Assembly: GCA_963925805.1 (NCBI GenBank)
Contig: CAWUSE010000013.1
Coordinates: forward strand, 1,495 to 65,494
Direction: 5' to 3'
Length of the DNA stretch: 64,000 nucleotides
DNA from: an uncultured Acidimicrobiales bacterium
Lineage (GTDB): Bacteria > Actinomycetota > Acidimicrobiia > Acidimicrobiales > UBA10347
This document shows, one piece after another, positions 18,155 to 27,814 of this stretch. Within the stretch, counting starts at the first letter, position 1. Each line of letters opens with the position of its first letter. The translations under genes and the position numbers were made by a program. The notes below the pieces were generated by a model. That model saw only the letters and a list, made by a program, of their open reading frames with translations. It was not told the origin of the DNA and did no database searches.

Positions 18155-18508
18155 GCCCCTGGCCTAGCACTGGGCAAACGGCCAGGCCAAAGCGCTCTAG
18201 CGCCCAGGTGGACTCTGGAACCGATCCGCCAGCTCGCAGGCCCAACGTGTTCTTGCTGCCATCGGCGAAAATCCCAAGGTTTAAAGACCTCCGGGGCAGC
18301 GATAAAATGTGAGCAGCAGCGACGAGAGCCCGGTGATCTTCTGGCCCGAAAACGCTGGCTTTAGAGAAAGGCGCGGTGGGATCCAAACGGTCCGACGCCA
18401 GCTGCTCGAAACACCAAATGTCAGTTCGAAGTTGGGTGATTGTTCACGAGTAGGACTGATCAAACGGGCGTCGAACTAGCTGTTCGAAGCGACTCGACTG
18501 CGTGGTGT

Positions 18509-18551
18509 AAAACGAGAGAACCACGGCCCGCCGAGGCGAGACCGTGGTTCT
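18509..18551 (-). terminator. intrinsic terminator candidate after tRNA-Tyr
   Basis: On the minus strand: AGAACCACGG-(15 nt)-CCGTGGTTCT, then CTCG and TTTT. This is a 10-bp GC-rich stem followed by a short T tract. Confidence 0.5.
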
Positions 18552-18560
18552 GTTCACAAG

Positions 18561-18643
18561 TGGGCCAGGGAGGATTTGAACCTCCGAAGTGAAATCACGA
18601 CGGGTTTACAGCCCGTTCCCTTTGGCCGCTCGGGCACTGACCC
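18561..18643 (-). tRNA. tRNA-Tyr (anticodon GTA)
   Basis: Minus strand GGGTCAGTGCCCGAGCGGCCAAAGGGAACGGGCTGTAAACCCGTCGTGATTTCACTTCGGAGGTTCAAATCCTCCCTGGCCCA. It folds as a cloverleaf with a 7-bp acceptor stem (one G-U), anticodon loop CTGTAAA, the long variable arm typical of bacterial tRNA-Tyr, and T-loop GGTTCAAATCC. Confidence 0.92.
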
Positions 18644-18740
18644 TTGTGGAGCTAGAACCTTATCTAACCGACAAGGTCCGCCCACCCTGATTCCGCAGGG
18701 TCTTTTATGCAACGTTGATTGGGAGTGGTGAGGGGCGTGT

Positions 18741-19922
18741 CTACATCGCCATTGCGGTGTACATGGCAACACCCTGAGCCATAGCGTCTTCGTCGATGGT
18801 CATCAGGTTCGAATGGTTTGGAGCCGCTTCCTCAGGGGTCAGGTCTGGAGCGCACACACCCAGGAACGCCATAGAGCCAGGAACCTTGTTCAGCACATAG
18901 CTCCAGTCCTCGGCACCCATCACAGCTTCTCGCATGATGTGGAACGAACCTTCGCCAACAACAGCCTCGGCGACTGCAGCAGCGCGCTGGACTTCTTCTT
19001 CGTTGTTGATCGTCACCGGATAACCAGCGATGATCTCGGCGTTACACGAGCAGTTGTGGGCCTGAGCGTTGTGATTGGCGACGTTCATCAGGTTGGTATG
19101 CAGCGTGTCACGCACATCTTCGTTGAGCGTGCGAATCGTGCCTTCCATGAACGCAGAGTGAGGGATGATGTTGTTGGTGGTGCCGGCGTTGATGTGAGAA
19201 ACGGTGACTACAGCAGCCTCGCTGGCAGGCGTGGTGCGCCCGACCATGGCATGCAGGCCAAGCACCGTCGAGGCGGCTGCGGGTATGGGGTCGATGCAGC
19301 CATGAGGCATCGAGGCATGCCCGCCCAAGCCATTGATCGTGATCTCGAAACGGTCAGCACTGGCCATCAGCGCGCCGCCGCGGCTAAAGAAGTGGCCGCT
19401 ACGCATTTGGGTGAATACATGAAGAGCAAAGGCACGGTCGACGCCGTCGAGCACACCCTCGTCGATCATGTACTTGGCACCGTGGTGGCCCTCTTCGCCT
19501 GGCTGGAACATGAACCGGATCTTGCCGGTGAGTTCAGACTTGTTTTCGGACAAAAGGCGGGCGGCGCTGAGCAGCATGGCGACATGAGCGTCGTGGCCGC
19601 AGGCATGCATCATCTGCTCATTCTGCGAACGCCAGGCGACGTCCAAGTCTTCCTGCAATGGCAGTGCATCCATGTCGCCGCGCAGCAGAATGGTTGGGCC
19701 AGGCTTGCCTGTGTCCAGGTCAGCGACGACGGATGTCAATGCCTTGCCGGTGGTGATGTCCAGTCCAAGCCCGTCGAGTGCTTCCAGAATTTTTTTCTGG
19801 GTCTTCGGCAGATCGAGCCCAAGCTCAGGGTCGGCATGAATCGCCCGGCGGAGTTCGACCGTGTGGTCCTGCACGCCTTGGGCGGCCTCGATGAGTTCGG
19901 TTCCAACGTCAGCTAAGTCCAT
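18741..19922 (-). CDS. M20D-family amidohydrolase (hippurate hydrolase / N-acyl-amino-acid amidohydrolase-like)
   Basis: 393 aa. LRRAIHADPELG, LLRGDMDALP and metal-binding ACGHDAH. The 367-aa + strand ORF 18813..19916 is its antisense shadow. Confidence 0.9.
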   Translation of the reverse strand: MDLADVGTELIEAAQGVQDHTVELRRAIHADPELGLDLPKTQKKILEALDGLGLDITTGKALTSVVADLDTGKPGPTILLRGDMDALPLQEDLDVAWRSQNEQMMHACGHDAHVAMLLSAARLLSENKSELTGKIRFMFQPGEEGHHGAKYMIDEGVLDGVDRAFALHVFTQMRSGHFFSRGGALMASADRFEITINGLGGHASMPHGCIDPIPAAASTVLGLHAMVGRTTPASEAAVVTVSHINAGTTNNIIPHSAFMEGTIRTLNEDVRDTLHTNLMNVANHNAQAHNCSCNAEIIAGYPVTINNEEEVQRAAAVAEAVVGEGSFHIMREAVMGAEDWSYVLNKVPGSMAFLGVCAPDLTPEEAAPNHSNLMTIDEDAMAQGVAMYTAMAM

Positions 19923-20075
19923 GCGCCGACTGTACTCCCGCTCGCCCCTGCGGGAGGTTTGTGTTGCCGCTTGACTTCGACGGCTTCCGGCATTCGCCAG
20001 ATCTGAGACCCAGAACCTGGTTGCTTGCTCCGGTACAACGCGCTTTGGGTCCGGGGCTGTTCGCCCAGAGATGGC

Positions 20076-20453
20076 TTAGTTTGCCTCGGCGATCAACTCG
20101 ATCTCGACGGCGGCACCGAGTGGTAACGCGGCGACACCGATCGCGGTCCGAGCGGGGTATGGCTTCGAGAACTGCTGGGCGTAGACCAGGTTCATCGCCT
20201 CGAAGTCGGCCATATCGGTCAGGAACACATTGACCTTGACCACCTCGTCTGGGCCGAGGCCGGCATGGCCAAGAACCGAGAACAAGTTGACAAAACACTG
20301 CTGTGTCCGATCGCCCGCGTCGCCTTCGACAAGTGACTTAGTTTCAGGATCGATTGGTGTTTGGCCAGAGCAGAAGATGGTTGATCCGGTCTGCACCGCC
20401 GAACTATATGGACCCACCGCGATGGCATTCGGTGGATCGATCGCTTGTCGCAT
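20076..20453 (-). CDS. RidA/YjgF-family reactive-intermediate deaminase
   Basis: Track ORF trimmed to the Met of MRQAIDPPNAIAVGPYSSAVQTGSTIFCSGQ (125 aa, the usual size). The C-terminal ARTAIGVAALPLGAAVEIE is typical of the family. Confidence 0.85.
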   Translation of the reverse strand: MRQAIDPPNAIAVGPYSSAVQTGSTIFCSGQTPIDPETKSLVEGDAGDRTQQCFVNLFSVLGHAGLGPDEVVKVNVFLTDMADFEAMNLVYAQQFSKPYPARTAIGVAALPLGAAVEIELIAEAN

Positions 20454-20577
20454 ATCAGCTGTCACTTCCGTCGAGAGGTCAGCGACGGTCCCAGCCCCGC
20501 CCGAACCCGGAGAGGTGTTACTGCTCTGGCGCATGCCAGGAGGGAGGTAGCGGCTCGCCAGGGCCTGCCCACCGGCA

Positions 20578-21096
20578 TCAGAGCATGAGTTGCATTTCGG
20601 TCACGTCGAGCCAGCGGCCGAACTTGCGGCCGACCTCGCGTTCGACGCCAACGACCTCGTAGCCGAATGCTTGGTGCAAGGCGATCGAAGCTGGGTTGCC
20701 TTCGGCGATGCGGGCAATCACCGAGTGGAAGCCGAACATTCTGGCTCGTTCGACGAGTTCAGCCATCAGCATTCGTCCGAGTCCACGACCTTGAAAGTCG
20801 GGGTCGACGTAGACGGAGTTCTCGACGGTAGGCCGGTAGGCCGCCCGGTCTTTGAACGGCGAGAGTGAAGCGAAGCCGACGACGCTGTCGTCCAGCTCGA
20901 CGACGATCACGACGTGGCCACCGCTTCGTTCGGCCAGCCAGCGGATCTGTTCCTCAAGTGCCCGCGGTTCAGCGTCCAGGGTCGCAGTGGTTTCAAGGAC
21001 CTCGCGGTTGTAGATACGCATGAGCGTCGCTGCATCGTTTGTACGAGCGTCGCGTACATGGCTTTTGGAGTGTGTGAAAGGTTCAGTCGTGGTCAT
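20578..21096 (-). CDS. GNAT N-acetyltransferase (phosphinothricin / methionine-sulfoximine acetyltransferase-like)
   Basis: Track ORF 20578..21498 trimmed to MTTTEPF (172 aa); the upstream extension is Arg-rich out-of-frame-like sequence. Acetyl-CoA motif A is VDPDFQGRGLGRMLMAEL. Confidence 0.85.
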   Translation of the reverse strand: MTTTEPFTHSKSHVRDARTNDAATLMRIYNREVLETTATLDAEPRALEEQIRWLAERSGGHVVIVVELDDSVVGFASLSPFKDRAAYRPTVENSVYVDPDFQGRGLGRMLMAELVERARMFGFHSVIARIAEGNPASIALHQAFGYEVVGVEREVGRKFGRWLDVTEMQLML

Positions 21097-21407
21097 TGGT
21101 TCACGTGAAGGTAGGCGGTCCGGACTGTGCCCGGATGTATGTGACCCAGGATTCCAGAAAAACGGTTCGTCAAGTCGACATGCCATGACATTGTTGTTCG
21201 CTCGGGCAGCTGCCGTTTGCTCTTTTAACTCCGTCGGCAGTGCGCTTGCATCGCAGGCAAGACCGGTTCTGGTCGCATGGGTCGAGCCAGTGGGTGCACG
21301 AGGGAATAACGCAGTGCTCGATCGAGAGCGACGCGCTTCGACAAGTCGAGTACGCCAACGGGTTCTGGCCAAGGTGGCGGCCAGCTCTGGGGGCAGCAGC
21401 AGTGGCG

Positions 21408-21686
21408 TCAGCTTGAGACTGGGCGAGCGGCGGCGATGGCGATTGCTTCGCCTGCGTCGCACACCTCGGCGTGCAGCGTGCCTGCTTCGACCATGCACAA
21501 GTCGCCGGTGCGCATTTGTTGTTCGTTGGATTCAAACTTGAGTGTTAACTCGCCGCTGGTCATGAGCAGCACCGCGTCGAATGGATGCGCGTGCATTTCG
21601 GGATTGCCTCGTTCGGCAAAGTTGACGGTGTAGGGCTCGTCGTAGCCACCCTCGGTCCGGATGCGGTCAAACTCGGTTCTGCTCAT
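21408..21686 (-). CDS. cupin-domain protein
   Basis: 92 aa single barrel with HAHPFDAVLLMTSGELTL ... GDLCMVEAGTLHAE (His-containing cupin motifs). Confidence 0.65.
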   Translation of the reverse strand: MSRTEFDRIRTEGGYDEPYTVNFAERGNPEMHAHPFDAVLLMTSGELTLKFESNEQQMRTGDLCMVEAGTLHAEVCDAGEAIAIAAARPVSS

Positions 21687-21802
21687 CGGGAAAACCTACG
21701 ACACAGATCGATTCCTGCGGAAACTGTGATCAGCTGAGCAGGTTGATCCAGTGGCCTGCGTTGTCGGCCGCGACCTTGTTGCGGCAACGTCGGCGGGCGC
21801 GT

Positions 21803-22015
21803 TCATGTCGTGGTTACGGCTCGATGACGTTGCCGGCGCTGCAGGGCTGCGGTGAGTTCGAAGTCGAGCGCGCTGGCAATCTCAGCGAGGCGACCGCGTT
21901 GGGCACTGTGGTAGTCGTTGGCTTCATACCGGTTGATTGCTGCGGTCTTCAGGCCGACCCGCTCGGCGAGTTGAGCTTGCGTGAGGTCCGGTGCAACGCG
22001 AGCGTTAACCAGCAC
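21803..22015 (-). CDS. XRE-type helix-turn-helix protein (antitoxin-like)
   Basis: 70 aa with a GTG start. PDLTQAQLAERVGLKTAAINRYE is a classic XRE HTH. It is preceded in the same frame by an open stretch interrupted only by one TGA (see findings). Confidence 0.6.
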   Translation of the reverse strand: MLVNARVAPDLTQAQLAERVGLKTAAINRYEANDYHSAQRGRLAEIASALDFELTAALQRRQRHRAVTTT

Positions 22016-22359
22016 TGGTCCGAGTCAGCGCAGGTCCTCGATTGGGATTTCATCGGTGGTGGCCAGTGCGTCGAAGTCAGCTTCGAACTGTGCGATGTGG
22101 GTGCGGGTTTGCGAGATCACAAGGCGCCGGCCGATGGCGTCCTCCCCAGCGGCTTCAAGATCGGCGGGCCGGTCGACGAACTCGTTGAGCAGGGCCACAG
22201 TGATCTTGTGTTGGTTGAGGGTGACAGCTTGAAGCTGGCTCTTCGCATACGCCGGTAGCGGACCGGCATCGCGCCAGCATGGTGGCCGGTTGTGCATCGA
22301 AACCCGCTGGTCCGATAACTTGAGCGACGGTTGACAATCCTCAGGAGCAAATCGGCGTA

Positions 22360-23229
22360 ATGGAAGGCCCCACCTCCCACACGTATTTCTCTCAACGGCT
22401 CCGGCTCCACTACGTGGACTGGGGCAACGAGGACGCGCCGGCGATGCTGATGGTCCATGGCGGCCGCGATCACTGCCGGAACTGGGACTGGGTCGCTCAG
22501 TCATTTCGCGAGAACTACCACATCATTGCACCAGACCTGCGCGGCCACGGCGACAGTCAGTGGGCTGTGGGCTCCAGCTATCACCACGTGGACTATGTCT
22601 ATGACATTGCTCAGCTGATTCACCAGAAGAAGATGGACCCGGTCACCATTGTCGCCCACTCCATGGGCGGTGGTGTCTCACTGACGTACGCGGGTTTGTA
22701 TCCCGAGACGGTGGCGAAACTGGTCGTGATCGAGGGCATGGGTCCACCGCCGGAGATGCTCGCCGAGCGGGTCGATGTTCCCGTCCAGAAGCGGCTCGAT
22801 AATTGGGTGCACGACCTACGCAAGTCCTCGGCGCGCCTGCCACGGCGCTACCCCACGCTCGAGGAAGCGTACGAGCGAATGCAGACCGAGAATCCTCACC
22901 TGACCGAGGAACGGGCCCGCCATCTGACCATCCATGGAAGCAATCAGAACGAGGACGGGACCTTCAGCTGGAAGTTCGATAACTATGTGCGCAACTTCTC
23001 GCCGATCAGGGTGCCGTTCGACGACCAGCACGAGCTCTGGAGCCGCATCACCTGCCCCACGTTGCTGGTCCGCGGCAGCGAGTCGTGGGCGTCAGATCCT
23101 GCAACCGATGGCGGGGCCGACCACTTCCAGGACGTTCAGGTGGCGAACATCGACGGCGCCGGCCACTGGTCGCACCACGATCAGTTGGACACGTTCCTGA
23201 ACCTGACTCGTACCTTCCTGGCCGACTGA
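22360..23229 (+). CDS. alpha/beta hydrolase
   Basis: 289 aa. HGGRDHCRNWDW, nucleophile elbow AHSMGG, C-terminal catalytic-His region GAGHWSHHD. Confidence 0.85.
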   Translation: MEGPTSHTYFSQRLRLHYVDWGNEDAPAMLMVHGGRDHCRNWDWVAQSFRENYHIIAPDLRGHGDSQWAVGSSYHHVDYVYDIAQLIHQKKMDPVTIVAHSMGGGVSLTYAGLYPETVAKLVVIEGMGPPPEMLAERVDVPVQKRLDNWVHDLRKSSARLPRRYPTLEEAYERMQTENPHLTEERARHLTIHGSNQNEDGTFSWKFDNYVRNFSPIRVPFDDQHELWSRITCPTLLVRGSESWASDPATDGGADHFQDVQVANIDGAGHWSHHDQLDTFLNLTRTFLAD

Positions 23230-23462
23230 GGTACGGGGTCAGCGTCCGCAGCTGTGGCATGGCAGGGCAGGCACGTGCAGTATCTAGCAGAGCGACTCGA
23301 CGGTCTTTCAAGCCTCCAGGTCCCAGGCGATGGTCGGGTGGGCGAGCAGGGGGCTGTCGTGTTTAGTCTGAAATAGTGCATGGGCCTGACGAGCCGTCAC
23401 GGGCCAGCGGCAACGAGGAGCATCAACAGATCTGAAGCTTCCGTCGACGCGAGTGGGCGGCC

Positions 23463-24392
23463 TCAGGTGTTAAGGAAGTTCAGGGGGTGGCCGGGACAAT
23501 GCCATTCGTGGGCTTGCAGGGTGCCGAAGGCCGAGGCGGTGATGTAGGCCGTGCGCAAGTCGGGACCGCCGAAGCACACATTGGTAACCATTGGGTCGCC
23601 GGGTACGGGCACGATCGCTCGCAGCTCCCCCTGGGGTGAGAAGGCGGTCACTGCGCCCGTCCCCAAGGTCGCGACGCAGACATTGCCCTCGGAGTCAACC
23701 GCCAATGAGTCGACCCGACCATCGCCGGGCACCGTACCCAACAGCACCGATGGAGCGCCGGCGGTCGAGGCCAGCTGGTGGCCGGCAGCCTTGATCACGC
23801 CGGGGCTATCTAGCTCCCAGTATCGGACCCGCCCCGTCATGGTCTCGGCAAAATACAAGCGATCCTCGGCGGGTGATAGACCCACGCCATTCGGCGTGAT
23901 GAGCGGTCGTGCCACGGCGATGACCGACGAACCATCGGCCTTCGCGTAATAGATCGCGCCCCGATCGAGTTCCTGTTCGCGGCCTTTGCCCAGGTCGGTG
24001 AAATAGAAACCGCCGTGGCGGTCGAACACGATGTCGTTTGGGCCCTTGAGCGGCCAGCCCTCGGCTTCGGTGTAGAGCGTGGTCACCGCACCGGACGCCA
24101 GGTCGACTCGCTGGATCGAACCACCGCGATAGTCGGTGGCCTGCACACCGGGTAGCAGCATGCCCTCGACGTTGCGCCAGCTGAATCCGCCGTTGTTGCA
24201 GATGTAGACGGCGCCATCGGGCCCGATCGCTGCGCCGTTCGGCCCGCCACCGCAGTCGGCCACGACCGTCACGGTGCCGTCGGGCAGCACCCGACTTAGT
24301 GTTTGTCTCTCGATCTCGACCAGCAGGATCGAACCATCGGCCATGGCGATCGGTCCTTCTGGGAACCGCAGTCCTTCAGCAATCTGTTTCAC
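23463..24392 (-). CDS. SMP-30/gluconolactonase/LRE-family protein
   Basis: 309 aa. FPEGPIAMADGS, GPNDIVFD, PNGVGLSP and repeated propeller-blade patterns. Confidence 0.85.
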   Translation of the reverse strand: MKQIAEGLRFPEGPIAMADGSILLVEIERQTLSRVLPDGTVTVVADCGGGPNGAAIGPDGAVYICNNGGFSWRNVEGMLLPGVQATDYRGGSIQRVDLASGAVTTLYTEAEGWPLKGPNDIVFDRHGGFYFTDLGKGREQELDRGAIYYAKADGSSVIAVARPLITPNGVGLSPAEDRLYFAETMTGRVRYWELDSPGVIKAAGHQLASTAGAPSVLLGTVPGDGRVDSLAVDSEGNVCVATLGTGAVTAFSPQGELRAIVPVPGDPMVTNVCFGGPDLRTAYITASAFGTLQAHEWHCPGHPLNFLNT

Positions 24393-24927
24393 TGCCTCGT
24401 TCTACTACGGTTCTTGGCGCGAACTAGCACCGCTCCATGGCGCCAAACAGAGTCCTGACACGCGGTGAGGACGACCGTTCGGCTCTCGGCCAGGTCAGAT
24501 CCGGGGGGAACGACGTTTTTGTCGCATTGGTAAAGACACGTGTCAAAGCCTCTTCTGCCATCTTGGCCCGGCCGTGTCTCACTCCCATCGCCGATCTGCA
24601 ACGCCGGGTGTGGCGTCCTGTCGGTCATTCGGTTTTGCGTGGTTGGTTTGTTGCTTGGCGGCCACCCTGACCGAACACCACGACGCGCCACTCGACGTGC
24701 GCATCGTCAGCTTCCATCGGCCGAATCGCGACCTGGCATCGTTGCTCACAAGCTGACAGGGCGCGAGGCGTCGACTCGTCGCATCTCTATCGGGACAAGG
24801 ACGGTCATCGTCGCCGCTGCGCTCTGGTTTGCGTGGGGCTCTAAGGTCGATGGCGTAGGCCCATGCCACAGAACGCGGCATTCGCATCGCCGGATGATTC
24901 TTCGGCCCGACCATCCCAGGAGCTGCC

Positions 24928-26298
24928 ATGAGCACATCGATCGACACTCTTACCGGTGAGACCGTGGACCTGCTGCAGGCGCTCATACGGAATCAGTGCG
25001 TCAACGATGGCACGCCTGAGTCAGGTCACGAAGTCCGCAGCGCCGAACTGCTGCGCAACGAACTCGAGGGCTTCGGCGTCGACTTCGAGCTGTTCGAGAC
25101 CGAACCCGGCCGCGTCTCGCTCGTTGCCCGGTACGAGGGCACCGACCCCGACGCCCCTGATCTGTGCCTTTGTGCCCATACCGATGTCGTGCCAGCAAAC
25201 CCCGACGGCTGGACCAACGACCCGTTCGGCGGCGAGCTGATCACCTCGCCCGATGGTGTCGACGAAGTCTGGGGACGCGGTGCGGTCGACATGTTGAACC
25301 TGACCTCGTCCATGCTCGTAGCGTTCCGCGAGGTCATTCGAACCGGCAAGCGGTACCCCGGCGACATCGTCTATTTCGCGGTGGCCGACGAAGAAGCCGG
25401 AAGCGTGCTCGGCGCCAAGCAGTTGCTGGCGGACCACTGGGACGTGCTGCACTGCGACTACGTCATCAGCGAATACGGCGGCACCCCGTCATTCGGCGAC
25501 AACGGCACGACCGTATTGCTCACCACCAGCGAAAAACACTCGGGTGCCCGCCGCATCACTGTGCACGGCACCCCGAGCCACGGCTCGATGTCCTACGCCA
25601 CCGACAACGCACTCATCAAGGCATCCGAGATCGTCCGCCGCATCGCAGCAGCCGAACTCACGCCCCGACTCGACGACGTGTTCGCAGCCCGCGTCGGCGC
25701 ACTCGGCCTTGACCCCGAAATTCAGAAACAGCTGCTCGATCCAGCCCACATCGCCGATGCTCTGGCCGCGCTTCCACCGGCGTTGGCCAGCAACCTGCAC
25801 TCATGCAGCCATATGACGATCAACCCGAATACGATCCACAGCGGCGAGAAACTCAACACCGTTCCCGACACTGCAGTGCTCGAACTCGACATCCGCATGC
25901 TGCCGGGTCAGACCCAGCAAGACGTCGACCGGCTACTTCCCGAGATCATCGGGCCCGACCTGATGCCGTCGGTCGAGATCGAGTGGTACCGCGATGACCT
26001 CACCAACGGTTTCGGTGTTTCGTCGACCGAGTCACCGCTATGGGATGCACTCGGCGACGCGATCCGGGTCGCCTATCCAGAAGCGACGGTGATGCCCAGC
26101 CTGGTCACCGGCGGCACCGACTGTCGCTTCTACCGCGAGCGTGGCATCCCCGCCTATGGCGCCGGCCTGCTCAGTGACAAGGTCCCGCTCAGCGAGTTCC
26201 TGAGCCGGTTTCACGGCAACGACGAGCGCATCGACGTCGACTCGCTGCGACTCACCACCCAGCTCTTTCTCGACGTGTTCGACCGCCTCTGGCGGTGA
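24928..26298 (+). CDS. M20/M25/M40-family metallohydrolase (ArgE/DapE/ACY1-like)
   Basis: 456 aa. Metal-ligand motifs CAHTDVVPA and VADEEAGS. Dimerisation-domain-size insert present. Confidence 0.85.
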   Translation: MSTSIDTLTGETVDLLQALIRNQCVNDGTPESGHEVRSAELLRNELEGFGVDFELFETEPGRVSLVARYEGTDPDAPDLCLCAHTDVVPANPDGWTNDPFGGELITSPDGVDEVWGRGAVDMLNLTSSMLVAFREVIRTGKRYPGDIVYFAVADEEAGSVLGAKQLLADHWDVLHCDYVISEYGGTPSFGDNGTTVLLTTSEKHSGARRITVHGTPSHGSMSYATDNALIKASEIVRRIAAAELTPRLDDVFAARVGALGLDPEIQKQLLDPAHIADALAALPPALASNLHSCSHMTINPNTIHSGEKLNTVPDTAVLELDIRMLPGQTQQDVDRLLPEIIGPDLMPSVEIEWYRDDLTNGFGVSSTESPLWDALGDAIRVAYPEATVMPSLVTGGTDCRFYRERGIPAYGAGLLSDKVPLSEFLSRFHGNDERIDVDSLRLTTQLFLDVFDRLWR

Positions 26299-26339
26299 TT
26301 GTGCTGGCGGTTCGACCCGCACAGAATAGTTGGAGAACT

Positions 26340-26560
26340 TGGCCGCTACGAACCTGGTCGCGCCCCGTTTCAACGGCAGCAATCCGATTGCCGCCGATCA
26401 AGAACTCGGCCTGATCGGGTGGCGACCCGACGATCAGGACGGCGATGAGAGTGAACGACGCGACACCGGCCTTGGCGGCGCCGTAGCTGGATGCGACCGG
26501 CCACGATCAGGTTGGCGGCACCAGCCGACAGAGAGCCAAGTTCGTTGCAGGATGCCAGGG
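26340..26560 (-). pseudogene. fragment of an SDR gene (frameshifted, both ends missing)
   Basis: The minus strand encodes ...NELGSLSAGAANLIVAG. After a +1 shift it continues SSYGAAKAGVASFTLIAVLIVG...GGNRIAAVETG. That is the SDR catalytic Ser ... Y-x3-K block (YGAAKAGV at complement 26462-26485) followed by an IRVNAVAPG-like segment. It sits in the 278-bp spacer between the M20 and acyl-CoA dehydrogenase genes. Confidence 0.4.
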
Positions 26561-26576
26561 CGACTAAACAAGCTGG

Positions 26577-27722
26577 ATGACCCTTCTATCCGAAGAACAA
26601 CAGGCGATCCGGGCCACAGCTCGTTCGTTCGCCGAGCGTGAGATCGCCCCTCATGTCGCCGAGTGGGACCGCGACGGCGGAGCGCCACGTGATCTGTACC
26701 GCAGGATGGCAACGGTCGGTCTGATGGGTGTGATGGTTGCGCCCGAGTGGGGTGGCGCCGGCGCTGACTTCACGTCATACGCACTCGCCATCGAAGAGAT
26801 CTCGGCCGCTGACGGCGGGATCAGCAACATGATGGCAGCGAACAACTCGCCAGTCGCGGCTGCGATCGAACAGCTTGGTACCGAGCAGCACAAACGCGAG
26901 TACCTGACCAAGCTGACGTCGGGAGAGTGGCTTGGTTCAATCCACCTGACCGAGCCGCACACCGGATCCGACGCGGCAGCGATCACGACACGTGCTGTCA
27001 AAGACGGCGACGAATACGTAATCACCGGCCAAAAGGCCTTCATCACCGCCGGCTCGACGTCCGACGTTGCCATGATCATCGCGGTGACCGACCCGTCGCT
27101 TGGAAAGCGCGGCATCTCCGCGTTTATCACGCCGACCGATAACCCCGGCTACCACGTCATCTCCAAGGAGGCCAAGCTCGGTCACCGCACCAACGACACC
27201 TGCCAGGTTGCCTTTGAGAACATGCGGGTGCCGGCTTCTGACGTACTGGGCGAGATCGGGCGTGGCCTCAGCATTGCGCTTGGCAACCTGTCACTCGGCC
27301 GGATCGGCGTCGCCGCTCAAGCAGTAGGAGGGGCCCGCGCCGCGCTCAAAGCTGCTCACGCATACGCGAAAGAGCGACACACCTTCGCCAAGGCCATCAT
27401 CGAACACCAGGCCGTCGCTTTCAAGCTCGCCGATATGGCGACCGAAATCGAAGCTGGCCGCCAGCTATATCTGCACGCTGCGGCCCTGCGTGACGCCGGG
27501 ATCGAATGTGCCCGCGAGGCGTCGATGGCCAAGCTCTTCGCTTCTGAGATGGCCGAACGCGTCGCGTCGGCTGCGATTCAGATCCACGGCGGCTATGGCT
27601 TTCTCAACGACTATCCCGTTGAAAAGATCTACCGCGATGTGCGGGTGTACCAGATCTATGAGGGCACGTCGGAGGTGCAGAAGATCATGATCTCGCGCCT
27701 CCTCGATGGTCTCGATCTCTAA
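26577..27722 (+). CDS. acyl-CoA dehydrogenase
   Basis: 381 aa. LTEPHTGSDAAAITT, FITAGS, catalytic-base region IYEGTSEVQ. Confidence 0.92.
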   Translation: MTLLSEEQQAIRATARSFAEREIAPHVAEWDRDGGAPRDLYRRMATVGLMGVMVAPEWGGAGADFTSYALAIEEISAADGGISNMMAANNSPVAAAIEQLGTEQHKREYLTKLTSGEWLGSIHLTEPHTGSDAAAITTRAVKDGDEYVITGQKAFITAGSTSDVAMIIAVTDPSLGKRGISAFITPTDNPGYHVISKEAKLGHRTNDTCQVAFENMRVPASDVLGEIGRGLSIALGNLSLGRIGVAAQAVGGARAALKAAHAYAKERHTFAKAIIEHQAVAFKLADMATEIEAGRQLYLHAAALRDAGIECAREASMAKLFASEMAERVASAAIQIHGGYGFLNDYPVEKIYRDVRVYQIYEGTSEVQKIMISRLLDGLDL

Positions 27723-27814
27723 GTCCACGCACACCTGTAACCCGCTGCGGGCCAACAGTTCCGTCCAAGGCCACGCGTGCCGTGCTCTCGTCGTAGAGGG
27801 TTGTCACGAGCGAC

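Noticed and set aside
18813-19916. 367-aa + strand ORF
   Set aside because: It is antisense to the M20D amidohydrolase gene, whose product has clear family motifs. The + strand translation is Arg/His/Val-rich with no motif, which is typical of a shadow ORF in GC-rich DNA.
21170-21535. Cys-rich 121-aa minus-strand ORF as a possible RiPP precursor or metallothionein-like gene
   Set aside because: It overlaps the cupin gene in another frame and the untranslated region upstream of the GNAT gene. Its composition (Cys/Ala/Pro/Arg) is that expected from an off-frame reading of GC-rich DNA.
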